This document shows positions 1 to 12,869 of a stretch of 64,000 nucleotides of DNA, in pieces. How positions within the stretch are numbered: the first letter of the stretch is position 1; every line of letters starts with the position of its first letter. This DNA is from Hypanus sabinus (lineage: Eukaryota). The stretch is taken from the NCBI RefSeq assembly GCF_030144855.1, contig NC_082731.1, positions 22,878,001 to 22,942,000 of the forward strand. The letters are read 5' to 3'. The translations under genes were made by a program, and so were the position numbers. Under the pieces are notes generated by a model, which did no database searches, was not told the origin of the DNA, and was given only the letters and a program-made list of their open reading frames with translations.

Positions 1-3000
1 TACTAGTTGGGAGAAAGAGTAAATTGGCATGTGTTATATTCTGCCTTTTGCTAATTCCCCACTGATTGAGGAAGGGATTCCCAATTATTCTCACGTTGTC
101 AGTTGGATTCGGGGTGGGAGCGTTGTCGGCGGGTGCTATCTGCGGACAGCCGGATTTAGCGGGACACTGCACGGGCTGGAGCGGGGCTCAAACAAGCGTT
201 CCGATTTTCAAGGAGGACACGGGATTGTGGCTTTGCATGTCGGATTGGCAATTTATCACAGTTCCATGAGGACTTCACTAAATTTGGTGGAACAGATTTT
301 AACACCCTCGGAAGGGAGTCACTGACTATATTTACTCTGAAATTAAGCCATACGAACATCGGCGAGACCATGAGTGCGAGCAGCAACAGTTTCCTGCGCC
401 GAAGGTACTGAGAAGGTTGGCACACCTACATTGAATTGCTCTTACTAGAAATGCAGCTTCCGGTCTACATCGCGGCTAAGAAGTGCTGATAGCTCTCACT
501 TTCAGCGCTCCGCTGGCGAGTACAAGTGTTGAATGTGTATGTACGTCCCTGGCAGAATACAACGTCTCCAACAGCAAGCCTGCAAAAGTGCCGGTTTTCT
601 AGTTACACACGAAAGCTCCGTTTAAAGCTCCATCTATGCAATGATCTACCGAGCTCTGTGTTTCGTTCTCTTCTTTTCTTCATTCTTTCTTGTTTTCATC
701 GATTTAGCAAGACTGGTTCTTTCTACAATTCAGTCTTTATCAAAGCTGGTAGATTCTATCTCCATTATGTTGTTCATTTGCTGTGTTTATCGATATTCCT
801 GGATTGACAATTAAAGCATGCTTATCATCATGATCATCTTGGGATAGTATGGGTCTGAACTGCTGCTACAATTCCAAAAATTTGTTTATTCGTTCATATC
901 TGTGCCACCGCAGGAATTTCAACAAAGGTTGACCAAGACACTGTGAACTATACTTACAAACAGGAAACCGAAGAATGCATGTGTTCGGGGGCAAGTTTTA
1001 AAGAAAATGTGGGCATATCGCAGCTGATCAGTTGCTTAATTATCTACCTTCGAGTTGTAATCTTCATTGATATTTGTTTGTTATTTGCATTCGGGGCAAA
1101 TTGATCTCTGTCTCCATCATCTTTCCCGTCAATCGACGGTTGAGTTCCGGGTCACTGCTTGTGTTATATGCAAAGCTGAAAACGGATTTAATGCAGACGA
1201 AATCCAAGGAAAATAGAAAATGGTCCGAGAACGCAGTACTATTGGCAATCGATGGTGAGGATGAGCCTTAGGCTCCCTAGTTTATTGCTTAATTATCTTC
1301 GTGATCATGTCAGTTGTTGGGAGGGAAGCTGCCTGTCTTTGAGGTTTAATTCTAGGAGCTGATAGATGATTCTGTTCAGATTTATGACTCAGAAGTGCTA
1401 GCTTTCGTCAGCAGCCTAATGTCTGAGTAATTGTTATCCACATTTGCCAGGGATGAGTGTATGCAAATATGACACCATGAGTCGTAGTTCAGTTTCAAGA
1501 GTAGAGAACTGCGTTGGCTCCTGGCTGTACTGATGCTTGCACTATGTCTATTAATTCACGAAGGTTGACGACAGAGGAACTATAACTTGTTTACCTTGAT
1601 GCTACTGGTCTTCCTGTCATAGAAGTACCCTGAGATTCCACTCCGAAGTTAATTACGAGTCATCACATGCAGATCCCACACACGTTTGTCTGTGCATTTG
1701 CTGCATAATCGGCTGGGGATTTCATATTTACTATTTCTGCGACTTCCATTGGAGAAAAATCGTTACCTAAATAGAAGCCATATGCGAAGTAACTCGCTTG
1801 CAATCTATCACATGCAACCGGATCTCCCAAGGGAGTATGGGTCCCTCTCTCTTGAAGTTTTCGTCTTCACAAAGCACCTTGTGCAGCAGGGATGCCATCC
1901 TCAGCCATCTTTCGTCTTGTCCTCTGCAATCTTCCGACAAATACGACATCTACTCCAAGCAGAGTCCCTGAGAAAACATCACTTTCTCGTGTTCTGTAGA
2001 ACCTTCCCCCAATTACATCATTATGGTTGGGTGACACCACGTTACTAAGTTGAACAACAAAGCTTCCTATAATTAGTTCAAATCCAAAATGAAATACCTA
2101 CGAAACGGAAGTAAAACGCTTAACCAAGGTGTTGCACACTTCCCAACATAGCCATGTCCTCGTGACTTTGAAGCATTTTAAATCATTTATTAACACAGTC
2201 TTTAAATAAATTTGAGATATCCGGACATCCAATGCATTTGTGAATGGTAGTGACATAGATCCAACACTCTATTCCCGCATTGTGACATACACCAGACTAT
2301 CCAGGGGCCTTTGAATTTGTCGAGAACTCAGTATTTCAATCCCTGATCCTACACATTCAAAATACCTTTTTGTCCCGTCTACAAGTGAACGCCTTTCCCA
2401 GATGATCTTTCATGTTATCCGGCGGCTCAGTGTTCCTTGACCGATTTTTTTCTTCGGTCAGTTTCAGCCGTCTTTGCCAAACATCCTCATCAACACTGTC
2501 CTACCCGACGGAACAGCTCTTGGTGGCTGTAGTCGTGTGCCAATTACTCCTGGATTAACAACCATCAGACTCCGCGGTTGAAAACGTACCTTCTCAGCCG
2601 AACTTAGTTTCTATTCCTCGGCCATTCCGGTAAGGTCTGGGGTTCCTGTCACTCTGTATTCAATCCAGGTCGGAGCATGATAGGTTCCTGGACTGTCAAT
2701 AATGTCAGGTACCCCAACATATACTTCCGAAAACTCTATCTTCAATTGCAAGTAATCATCGTAAGGATAATCATCAGCAGGAAGTCGATGGATCCAAAGT
2801 GTACTGAATGGCGTAAATGATGAATGAGTGATGTATCGATTTTAAAATAATCTATAAAACAAACGAATTTGACAACGTGTGTCAAATATGGCTGTAACTT
2901 AAATGCTTTCTACCCGTATGGTTTCATCATAGCTTGGTCACACGAAACGTTATGGAATCGTGTTTAGTAGATTAGTATTCCCGTTGATATACAGATAGGA

Positions 3001-6000
3001 AAGTAAAGTCTCGGGAACGTCTGTTGTGTCGCTCCGAGGGTTCACCTCTTTTCTTCTCTGTTTGATTAATCGTCGATTTATTTTCTGAAAAATTTCCTTT
3101 CATCACACTTCCGTTCGAAATATCTGTTTTCCCCACCCATTGTAGTAAGATAAAACGGTGGTGTACGGATCACGCTTAGTAGCAGCCCATCCTTGATACG
3201 TCCAACCAGTCGGTCTGACCTCCTATCAGCACAGTGCACCAGAGAAGCGCAGCGCTATCTACTGAAGAGAATACGTCCTGGATATGCACATCAGTCGCCC
3301 TATTTCAAAGATTGATATTCCGGACTGCATGATAGAGAAAGTTCTCTGCTTATTTTAAGTACTCCGGAGCTATATGCTCCACGTCGGTCATGTGTCACTG
3401 CATCTCTACTAACCAATGAAACAGTAGAAATAAGAGATCAATAATATGTACTACGCTTCTTTGTGAGATAATCAAAACAATTAATTCATCATAGCCAAGA
3501 TGCAAATTTTGGATTATTCTGGACAATAAGAACTACAGGCCGTCTTTGCTAAAAAACTGAGAAGGTGCACATGATCAAAATAAAACAAGAGGGGTAAGCA
3601 AAATGACAGAAGATGAAAGAGAGGCAGGGACACTTAGGACTGCATAAACCGGAGTCTGGTGCCATGGATTGCATTAGGAAGGTAATCCAGAAACGTTCAT
3701 AGATCCAGGGATTTGTCATTTTGCAATCGAGCTATTTCGGCAAGAGTAAAATGCAGTGTTGATATTCTATGTCCGGCTGGAAAAGATGGGCGCCAGAATC
3801 GTATTTGCCAGAGATAGTGATGGGCCTTACAAACATGCCCTTTTATTCTTTATGATACCAGTGTTCGTAAAATAGGCGGAAATACAAAGTTTTATGTCTT
3901 ATGGAAATGTATTCCCAAAGTACGTTCATGTCACCGCATAAAATACTGTGATACAGTTTCCTCTGTGGATACATCGCAACATAATCAATAAAATTCAGCC
4001 AGAGCGAAGAAGATGATGAACCGCAAGGTAGAGGAAAAAATACGAAAAGGTAATCATCAATTAGCAATACACACCGGGACTATAAGATGATATTCTGGTT
4101 GTTTTTTTTTTTAAGTTTTCGTGTTCGAAACAAAGAGAGGTTGATTTACGCACAACGAACTGAAAGTAATCATAAACTATCCAATGACTATACGTCCACA
4201 GTATCTCTTTTTCTGCACATTTACCTTTACGGCAGTTGGTACGTCCTCTGCCCTTTTACTCTTTTATGTGTTGAAGTTTGGAACTAATTTAACCACTTCA
4301 GCTGCTAAATGTATCTGATTGTAGGATTATCGGTGCGACTTGAGTTCAGTTGTAACTTCTCCCTTCTGTTCAAGGTCCATCGTCAATATTGTTCAGGATC
4401 ATATGGTGTCATTTTCCGTACAGCGGTACAGAAATGTGAAGAAGGAAACACCTTCCAAACGTACTGTCCAAACCATGAAACGCACATTTCGCTGCAATGA
4501 CATTCTACACTTACCTTCAATTGTCCGTAGCAGAGGCAAGAATCTGAAGATCAGCAACATTGCATTCTGGCTTTTCAAATTCCTCATTCGGTACATCGAG
4601 TTTCCTTTACCCAAATAATTTAACATAGGTATTTACTTTCACTATTTCAATGCCACCGCGTTTTCGCTAATTATCTGTTCCGTTGTCGTATATCTGCACT
4701 GTAAATCTAAATTACTTAGCAGAAGGTCACGATATCCAGCTACAATTACCGTCAAAAAGTCGTGTTCTACATTATACTGCAACTGGTCTTTTTCGGCGAG
4801 AACAAACCATACGTGGTTTACTTTGACAGCAAACACAAGTACAGAAAGCATAAAAAAGGACTGCGCTGAAACTCAGGAGATTTAGGAAAGAGTCCGAAGA
4901 GCAGGTCATACAAAGTAGCCATCGTTGTTTCTCACCGTGTGCCATGTGGTAGTCATAAATTGAATGGAATGACGGTAGAGGTAGATGAGTGGTTGAGTGT
5001 CTGGCGTTAAAGACAGCTGGAAACAAAGGACAGGCTAAAGATGCATTAGCCAATGGCAGCAGAATGGTCGGTTGCCAGTGGAAACACTGACTGGTTTCAG
5101 GGGACTGTGATGCGACTGGACAGATTGCTAGGGAAAATTATATATGCACTTCAAACAACCAAACTGTTGGCTAATTATGTGGGGCGACGCAAGAAATCGT
5201 GCGTTCTGATAGCCACACTATCTGACCAGATGTGCTACTGTGACGGGCCGTGTTAACATTGGAGAATTTTACATTTGGCAGTTCAAAGTAAATTGCTTTA
5301 CTGGGGCTAGCGAAATGGAGACGTTACAGTATTCTTACCAAATCCCATAGTCTCTTGCTTCTCCGTTTACTGCTGCTCTCCCGGCCTAATTCTCTAATTG
5401 CCTAATGTCACATGGACTGAACAATAGCACTTTGTAAAGGATCCTGATAACGCATTCCTTTTCATTAACCTGTCGCCAGAGTCACAGGATCATATTACTT
5501 GCACATGCGAAGCATATAGTACTTCTTTATCAGATTGCCTCAGGAAAATATGCACAACCCTACACTATTACTTGGACTGAAAGCGTGAAACAGCTGGGAA
5601 TATATTTTCGCCCGGCTGATCTAAGTCGATTGCATTCTGCTAAGAGCTTCCACCGATTAAGGGGATGATCATCTCTAGAAATTCCTGTAAATTACATGAA
5701 GTACCGAGAATGAGCAACGAAAGCACAGGAAATACAGGGGCCCAGACTTACAGTGCAGTATTTGGCAATGCAGTGCGTCAAATGACTTCAGGTAAGCTGG
5801 TGACTTCCCCTCCCCAGTTTGACGACAATGTTGCTTGAGAACCTCAATGCTGCCATTGTGGTTAAGGTGCAGTAAGGTTATATAACGAAATGGAAGTGGA
5901 GAATCATAGAGTTGGCAAACAAGTGTTCGTCAGGAATCAGTAAGTTGATAGAAAGTTCTGCCCACATACCTATGCATAGGATCAGTACAGAAGCTGCCGA

Positions 6001-6865
6001 CCCCCCGCACCTGAGTCTCCCTCCCCTATTACTCGAGGTTTACTGAATGAACAGTTCTCTGCAGCAACCAAACGTCACGCCTGATTTACGTACGGATTGA
6101 GTGCATAGAAGCGGGATGCCATAAGTTGGGAGCTGCTGCGCTGATTCCATTCTGAGTTGCAGTAATGCATCAGCACGGAAAGAGCAGTTACAGCCAAACA
6201 GCAGAACTGGTAGCAGTTACCTTACCATTGCAACAAGAATCGAGTGAGGATGTGGAAAGCACAGACACATGTGCAGTTATGAATGGAATCGTTTTCCGCA
6301 TGACAAGGAGGCGGTAGCAAATGCAGCAGGCAGGGAAAACTTTCGAGGGAACAGGCAGTTTTGGATGCCGTTTCGGAAGAGGCAAAATGAATGAAGAGGA
6401 ATGTTTTGAATAAAAAAGATTAGCAGAAAGATAACTCTTTAACCATATTCTTTAATAATGAACTGTAAAACGAATTCAGGAATGCCCTGTCAAAACACCC
6501 TAGTTCCGTACGATGAAGCAAGAGCCATGCAAGATGGATGAATTTTTGGAAATGTGTATCATAAAAAAGGTGTATGTCTACAAGTCTACATAATGAAATA
6601 AGTTATTATTGCATTTGGTGTGATTTAAAACGTTAAAAGCGGAGTAGTGGCTGTGAAGTCGGCAGTCTAGATTAATCGGGGGAAGGGAGGTTTTTGTCCA
6701 GAACAGGAAGGGAAGATTGATTTTATCGGATGCCTGTCACAGCATCAAGGATTTAAGTGTTCGTTTACTATGGATTGCACGGTCAAATCTATTAATGTCA
6801 ATTCGTTGCACAGAGCTGATTAGGATTGCACATTCACTGGAATTTCAGAAGTTAATTGGTTTAAT

Positions 6866-8152
6866 GGGCCGACCATGCTTGACTAATCTGTTGGAGTTTT
6901 TTGAGGGTGTAACAAGGATGTTAGACGAGGGTAAGCCAGTAGATGTTGTGTACCTAGATTTTCAGAAGGCATTCGATAAGGTGCCACATAGGAGATTGGT
7001 GAGTAAAATCAGAGCTCATGGCATTGGGGGCAGGGTTTCAACATGGATAGAAAACTGGTTGGCAGATAGAAAGCAAAGGGCAGCTGTGAATGGGTGTTTC
7101 TCAGACTGGCTGGAGGTGACTAGTGGGGTACCACAGGGCTCTGTATTGGGACCACAGCTCTTTACGCTTTACGATTTATGTCAATGATTTAGATGAGGGC
7201 ATTGAAAAATATATCAGCAAGGTTGCTGACGATACTAAACTGGGTGGCAGTGTGACATGCGAACAGGACGTTAGGAGAATACAGGGAGACTTGGATAGGC
7301 TGAGTGAGTGGGCAGATACTTGGCAGATGTCATTCAATGCGAATAAATGTGGCGTTATCCACTTTGGAAGCTGGAACAAGAGGGCAGAGTATTGTCTGAA
7401 CGGTGTCGAGTTAGGTAAGGGAGAAATACAAAGAGACCTAGGAGTCCTAGTTCACCAGTCAATGAAGGTGAATGAGCAAGTGCAACAGGCAGTGAAGAGG
7501 GCAAATGGAATGTTGGCCTTTGTTACAAGGGGAATTGAATACAAGAGCAAGGATGTTCTTTTGCATTTGTATAGGGCCCTGGTGAGACCACACCTGGAAC
7601 AGTGTGTACAGTTTTGGTCTCCAGGTTTAAGGAAGGACATTCTGCCAATTGAGGAAGTGCTGCGTAGATTCACTAGGTTGATTCCTGGGATGGCAGGGCT
7701 GTCTTACGCAGAGATATTGGAGAGATTGGGCTTGTACACGCTGGAATTGAGGAGATTGAGAGGGGATCTGATTGAAACGTTTAAGATAATTAAAGGATTT
7801 GATAGGATTGAGGCAGGAAATATGTTCCAGATGTTGGGAGAGTCCAGTACTAGAGGGCATGGATTGAGAATAAGAGGTCAGTTATTTAAAACAGAGTTGA
7901 GAAAGAGCTTCTTATCCCAGAGAGTTGTGGAGGTATGGAATGCACTGCCTCGGAAGACGGTGGAGGCCAATTCTCTGGATGCTTTCAAGAAGGAGCTGGA
8001 TAGATATCTGATGGATAGGGGAATCAAGGGATATGGGGACAAGGCAGGGTCTGGGTATTGATAGTGAATGATCAGCCATGATCTCAGAATGGCGGTGCAG
8101 ACTCGAGGGGCCGAATGGTCTACTTCTGCACCTATTGTCTATTGTCTATTGT
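6866..8152 (+). mobile_element. 5'-truncated CR1-clade LINE (3' 1.3 kb), relatively young
   Basis: Reads GRPCLTNLLEFFE, VYLDFQKAFDKVPH, GVPQGSVLGP and ADDTKLGG (RT), then the CR1 C-terminus (RRLRGDLIETFK, WNALP). The 3'UTR carries GGCCGAATGG-type motifs and a (TATTGTC)n tail at ~8131-8152. Confidence 0.95.
6868..8061 (+). pseudogene. CR1 ORF2 reverse transcriptase C-terminal half, one frameshift near 7165
   Basis: ORFs 6717-7187 and 7123-8061 are consecutive RT segments in different frames. Confidence 0.9.
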
Positions 8153-9244
8153 ATATTGACTAAAATACAGTTAACAACGGATCTCACGTCACGATGCAAA
8201 CATTAGAAGTTTTGGCTTCTAGTGGAGGAATTAATAATTTCACATTCTTGATTACCCCGAAGCATCAGTGCTAATTGAAACAGTGAAACGATATTGAAGA
8301 TAACAGATTTTTTTTTATACCAGCTCACAGCTTACTTAGGGATTTTTACATTACTTAAAATGCGATTTGAAACAATCATCGGAAACCTTTTGGTGGTGGT
8401 CCGTACCTGCATAAACAGATGTAACTGGCGGCACTGTCGTTGATATTGGACTCATTTAGTATTGGGAAATAAAATTACAGTGTGGTTGTTGAAAAACCAG
8501 TTTGAATTAAATTTCAAGAAATTTTGAAACAGTCCCACTTGATATTAAGTTCATAATATCAGCAAGGCTTACCAAATGAACATAACTCTCATTTTATTCA
8601 TCAGTGATGTATTGGTGTAGTCTCTCCTCAACCAACACCCGCCAAGCTCTTGCTCGTGCCAGTGGTCCTACAGCGATTGTGTGCAAGCGCAGATTTCAGC
8701 AGATGAGAACAAGCAGTTTCAATATTTCACAATTTCCCGCCAACTATTACCCCTTTGGGCCACGATCTGTGTTTTTCAACGGACTCTTTCTGCCTGCAAG
8801 TTTCTGAAATGGTAAAAGGCGGGAATCTTCTCAGCTAGTATCCAGTAATTCCTGTTGAACTCGAGACCTGAGGTGCCTGAGGCAGTACGTTCAATCATGG
8901 TCGACACGAAAGCATTACACTTCTCTTCCTGATATGATGAATACATTTTACAGACGGATCAATGTCGGGAACGATTTATTGCCGACGAAGGAATCAATCA
9001 CCATTGTCACGTCAAAGCAAGATGTCTGGACGCTGCTGAAGTAAGGAAATTCCTAAACAGCAGAGTTTGTTAACGTACGTAGTCGCGCGCAGATACAATA
9101 TACCACCTGGTATGTTTTTTTTAATCCTTAACTCTCTTCAGCTCCCTTAGCATTCCAGTGGTCCAACATTTTACAGATGTCCGAGTTGGCGACAGCAACC
9201 TAGTTCAACCGCACATATTTAAAGAGGCGATATGTTCTTGATTA

Positions 9245-9380
9245 TAACTGGATTCAAAAGTTTACAGAAGAAGGTAGAAGAATGGAGCTGAGAGGAAATG
9301 TGATTCATCATCATCGATGTCGGAGCAGGGCTGATGGGCTCAATGGACTAAATCTAGTCTTATGTCTATAATCTTATGAT
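9245..9380 (+). mobile_element. Short decayed CR1/CR1-derived SINE 3' tail
   Basis: GAGCAGGGCTGATGGGCTCAATGGACTAAATCTAGTCTTATG resembles the CR1 3'UTR motif seen in the other copies in this window. Confidence 0.5.
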
Positions 9381-12300
9381 GTTAGGACAATACATAATTT
9401 TTCTAGTCTCATCGCCCTCACTGATGAAAGGCATGGCGATCAAGCATCGGGCGTGGAGTCAGTTTTATCCCGCTTCTATAGAATATTTATAGGATAATTG
9501 GGATAAGACAGTTTTTTTTTTCATTTCCTTTACCTCAGTATCGCATGTTGAGACATTGATTTTTAATTACTACCTGCAACGCATTTCTTAGAAAATGTAA
9601 CATCGTATTTTCGATTCCGCATTTACTTTCAGTTGTGTTGCTTTAATATAGTCACATGACGAAACGTCCTCTCGATCTAACATGCAATTCATGGTTTCTT
9701 TTCAGAGTACTTCGTTATATTTTATAATTGACTAACTCCAATCTAACCTCTTCGGAGTAGTAACAATGATACTAGCGCCTTGCAGCTGCAGAAAGAACAG
9801 CTAAAGAGGATTTGCGATGAAATTAGATGATAGTCTTATTTTTTTCAATATACATATTATACGGTGCAAAACATTCATGCCGATAGATTATCTTCTAAAT
9901 TCTGTAGACATTCATTATGCTCTAAGGCTGTGATAATGCAGAATTCATTCCATTTTAGTTCATTCAGATTCCGACTAGCAAGACTTTTTCATTTAGTGTT
10001 TCTATGTAAAATTAGCTTAAATTTGAGGACCATTTGGAATATGTACACGTTATTCTGTCGTGGTATTCAATTGTTCACTGAATTTCATGTGTCACCCGAA
10101 CTAATTGCATGTGCTGGTGCAGAACGTACGAAGCTGCAACAAATATCCGCTAGCTTGGAAAATAAATCCTGGGTCTTTAGATTTGAAAGGAAATAGTTGG
10201 AGCTATTTCAATAGTTGCAAATGCAGAAGCTACACATCATATGGTAGCAATAACCAAAGGAAAACACGCAGTTTAAGGTAAATTGGCGTACGTGACATCA
10301 GTCTCGAGAGCGAGATATCTTTGTAGGTTTTACCGATCCTCCTGCAGACTCTACTTGGCGGCAGAAGGATACCCACAGTCAAGTAGTTGAACAAGATTAC
10401 CATGCGGAAGAGTAAGCTGGAATTTAAAAATTGCGCTAAAATATCACAAAAAAATCCTTTCATTAAAAAACTTTTATTGTTAATATTGCTTGTTCGGAAT
10501 GTGTTGTCCATAATTGTCATAGAAATAAAAAAATATATATAAATGTAGGGTTTTCGTTGTTTGTTTCCAAACAAAAATATACGCAAAGTGTTGACAGTAG
10601 GATTGTTTTCTCGATAAAATATCTCTGTTTCTGTTGCTCGCTGAAGATGGCGATGAAAACGTCGAAGGTGAACGTAATCGATCACCAGACTGACGTTTCA
10701 TCAGAGGCACACAGCAACGTGATAATGAGATTGCAGATCGGTTTTGTGGACAGGATAATCATTCGGAAAAAATACAACTCACAAGAACGTTATTAATTCT
10801 TCGGTGAGTGTACCAGGAAATCTATCACTCCAGGAGTTCCGGGTGCCCAGTGATGCATTTCGTTACGATGGTCGATGTGGAAATGATTCGCCGATCTGAC
10901 TCAGCATCTAATTAGAAACAATCAATTAAATTCGATAACGTAACTGTTACACCGTCAAGTGAATGTCATATATTAACTGAAAGATATTTGTGTATTCAGC
11001 CGCAATATTATGAACGTTAGTGGAGAATAGCCAATCAAAAATTGGATATGACATTTAGCACACCAATGGATCACGGGCATTGGCAATTCAATTGAACTCC
11101 TTTAAACTGCAAAACAGGTATTCGCTTCGGGTGGAATGCAATCATAAGTGGGAACAGGAAGAAAAATCAGCCACAATAAACTAAAAGTTAGATCAAATAT
11201 CAGGGGTGATCAAAAGCCAGCAATAGACGAATGCCCGTTTAATTTCAACGTTTTTTTTTTTTGGTAATTTCTAACCCCGAGATTATTCCTGTAATTTCAC
11301 CCTGGTTTTCATTCATGCAGAGCAACAAAGAATTTATGTACATTCACGCTATGTACAGACACCCAGTCAGTGAGGCGAACGGAGGGACCCAAAGGCCAGT
11401 CTGTGAAGGACCATATCAAGAACATGTTTTACAGCCACATTTTCAATTACAGGAAAATGTCCTATAAAACTTTTGTTTTATCTTTCTGGATGTAAGATTT
11501 AGTTTATTATTATGGATCATTCTAGTAGTGAATATCGATTCCAAGAGAAAGAGTGAAGCAAAATATATCAGGGTCTGCTAATGTCTATAATAGAGATAAA
11601 AAGAGTTTTACCGAATCCTTCTATTTTCGTACACATCCGTACGAAGCATAAACAGATTGAATTAGTTCCAAACGTTGTGTCTGTATTTAATAAATGTTCT
11701 GTTGGTGTTTTGCTTCATAGTTATTTGCTCGAGTAGCATGTATTGATTACCTAATGTCCACTCTACGACTAATCAACAAGTGGTAACCAGTAGCTGCTGT
11801 TACCCTGTATTTCTTGATGGTTATGCTGCCTTCAGCTCCATCAAGGTTGCGGAATAAGCGCCGTCATATCTCCTAATGCAGTTTCGTTGTGCCTCTCCAG
11901 AACGTTCACCATACCCTACAGGCAGGGTTCTCGCGAAGAAAACAGAATGTTAGTTGTCAAATAAAGCAAAAAGCAAAAAGTTCAGTGCATATGTTCTCCA
12001 TTTGGTCATTTATGCGAATGATTTATGTTATTTCTCCTATTTCGCTGTGTGTTAGTGAATGTGTTCCTTCGCAATTGCAACAAATATGCTCGTACAGAAG
12101 TCGTCCATTGTTGATCTTGGAGCTTCCACATTTCCTCTGTGACACATTTAATGAATTCCCCATTCGTCAGACCATAGGGTATCGGAACATAATTATATTA
12201 TTCGACCATCCTGACTACCTTCTGCCAACATGAATTTAAATGTTTTGACAAAGTGCTCCTATGTTCTGTGTTTCTTTCTCTGACGTTACCGTGAAGGAGT

Positions 12301-12869
12301 AAACCCATCACAAAGGATCCGTCAGTGATGCTGGTCGAAGAACGACAGACATTAAGCCTGCATTCTCGTAATTAACTAGCATTTTGCGATATTTTATGCT
12401 GTATTTTGCATTCAAAATTACATGCAGTCATGTTTGACAAATGAGAGTCATTTGATTACAATGGCATCAACTGCCGGAACAGCCGATTGCATTTTCTGAT
12501 TCCAAATGGTGATCCATATTTGAACTGCGCTTTTCGCACATCTTGTCGAATGCGTAATCTGCCCGAACATCAATAAAACAGGCGCTCTTCATTTCCGGTG
12601 CTGACAAACTCCCATGATTCCAAGCTGACTTTATTTTATGAAGCCACTGTGAACGTTGGGGATCTCCTTTGTCCCTGCTAATTCTTTTATAATGACTTTT
12701 TGCAGGAGTCTGAGGAGACAAGCCTTAATCCAGGAAAATGCTTCAGCTTACAATTGAATAGCTCAAACCTGAACACTCAACAAAACTGGCTTCGCAGACG
12801 ATGATAAAGAAGCTTTCTTCTAGAACTTTCAGCTATTCCATAATTTCGTCCTATAATTCACAGCAACCG

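Noticed and set aside
3228-3270. CACAGTG heptamer
   Set aside because: No nonamer at 12 or 23 nt and no YYC upstream. The other isolated heptamers (~939, 32517, 50993) were rejected for the same reason.
5755-5797. J-like VFGNAVRQMTS|GTAAGC
   Set aside because: It lacks the FGxG motif and an upstream RSS.
10230-10685. 151 aa minus-strand ORF with hydrophobic stretches, possible TCR transmembrane exon
   Set aside because: No TCR TM signature (charged R/K spacing, NFxxL); it is low-complexity AT-rich sequence.
12625-12675. CACTGTG followed by GTTGGGGATCTCC, resembling a TCR D-delta segment
   Set aside because: The nonamer 12 nt upstream is poor (GCTGACTTT, 4/9) and there is no 3' heptamer/RSS.
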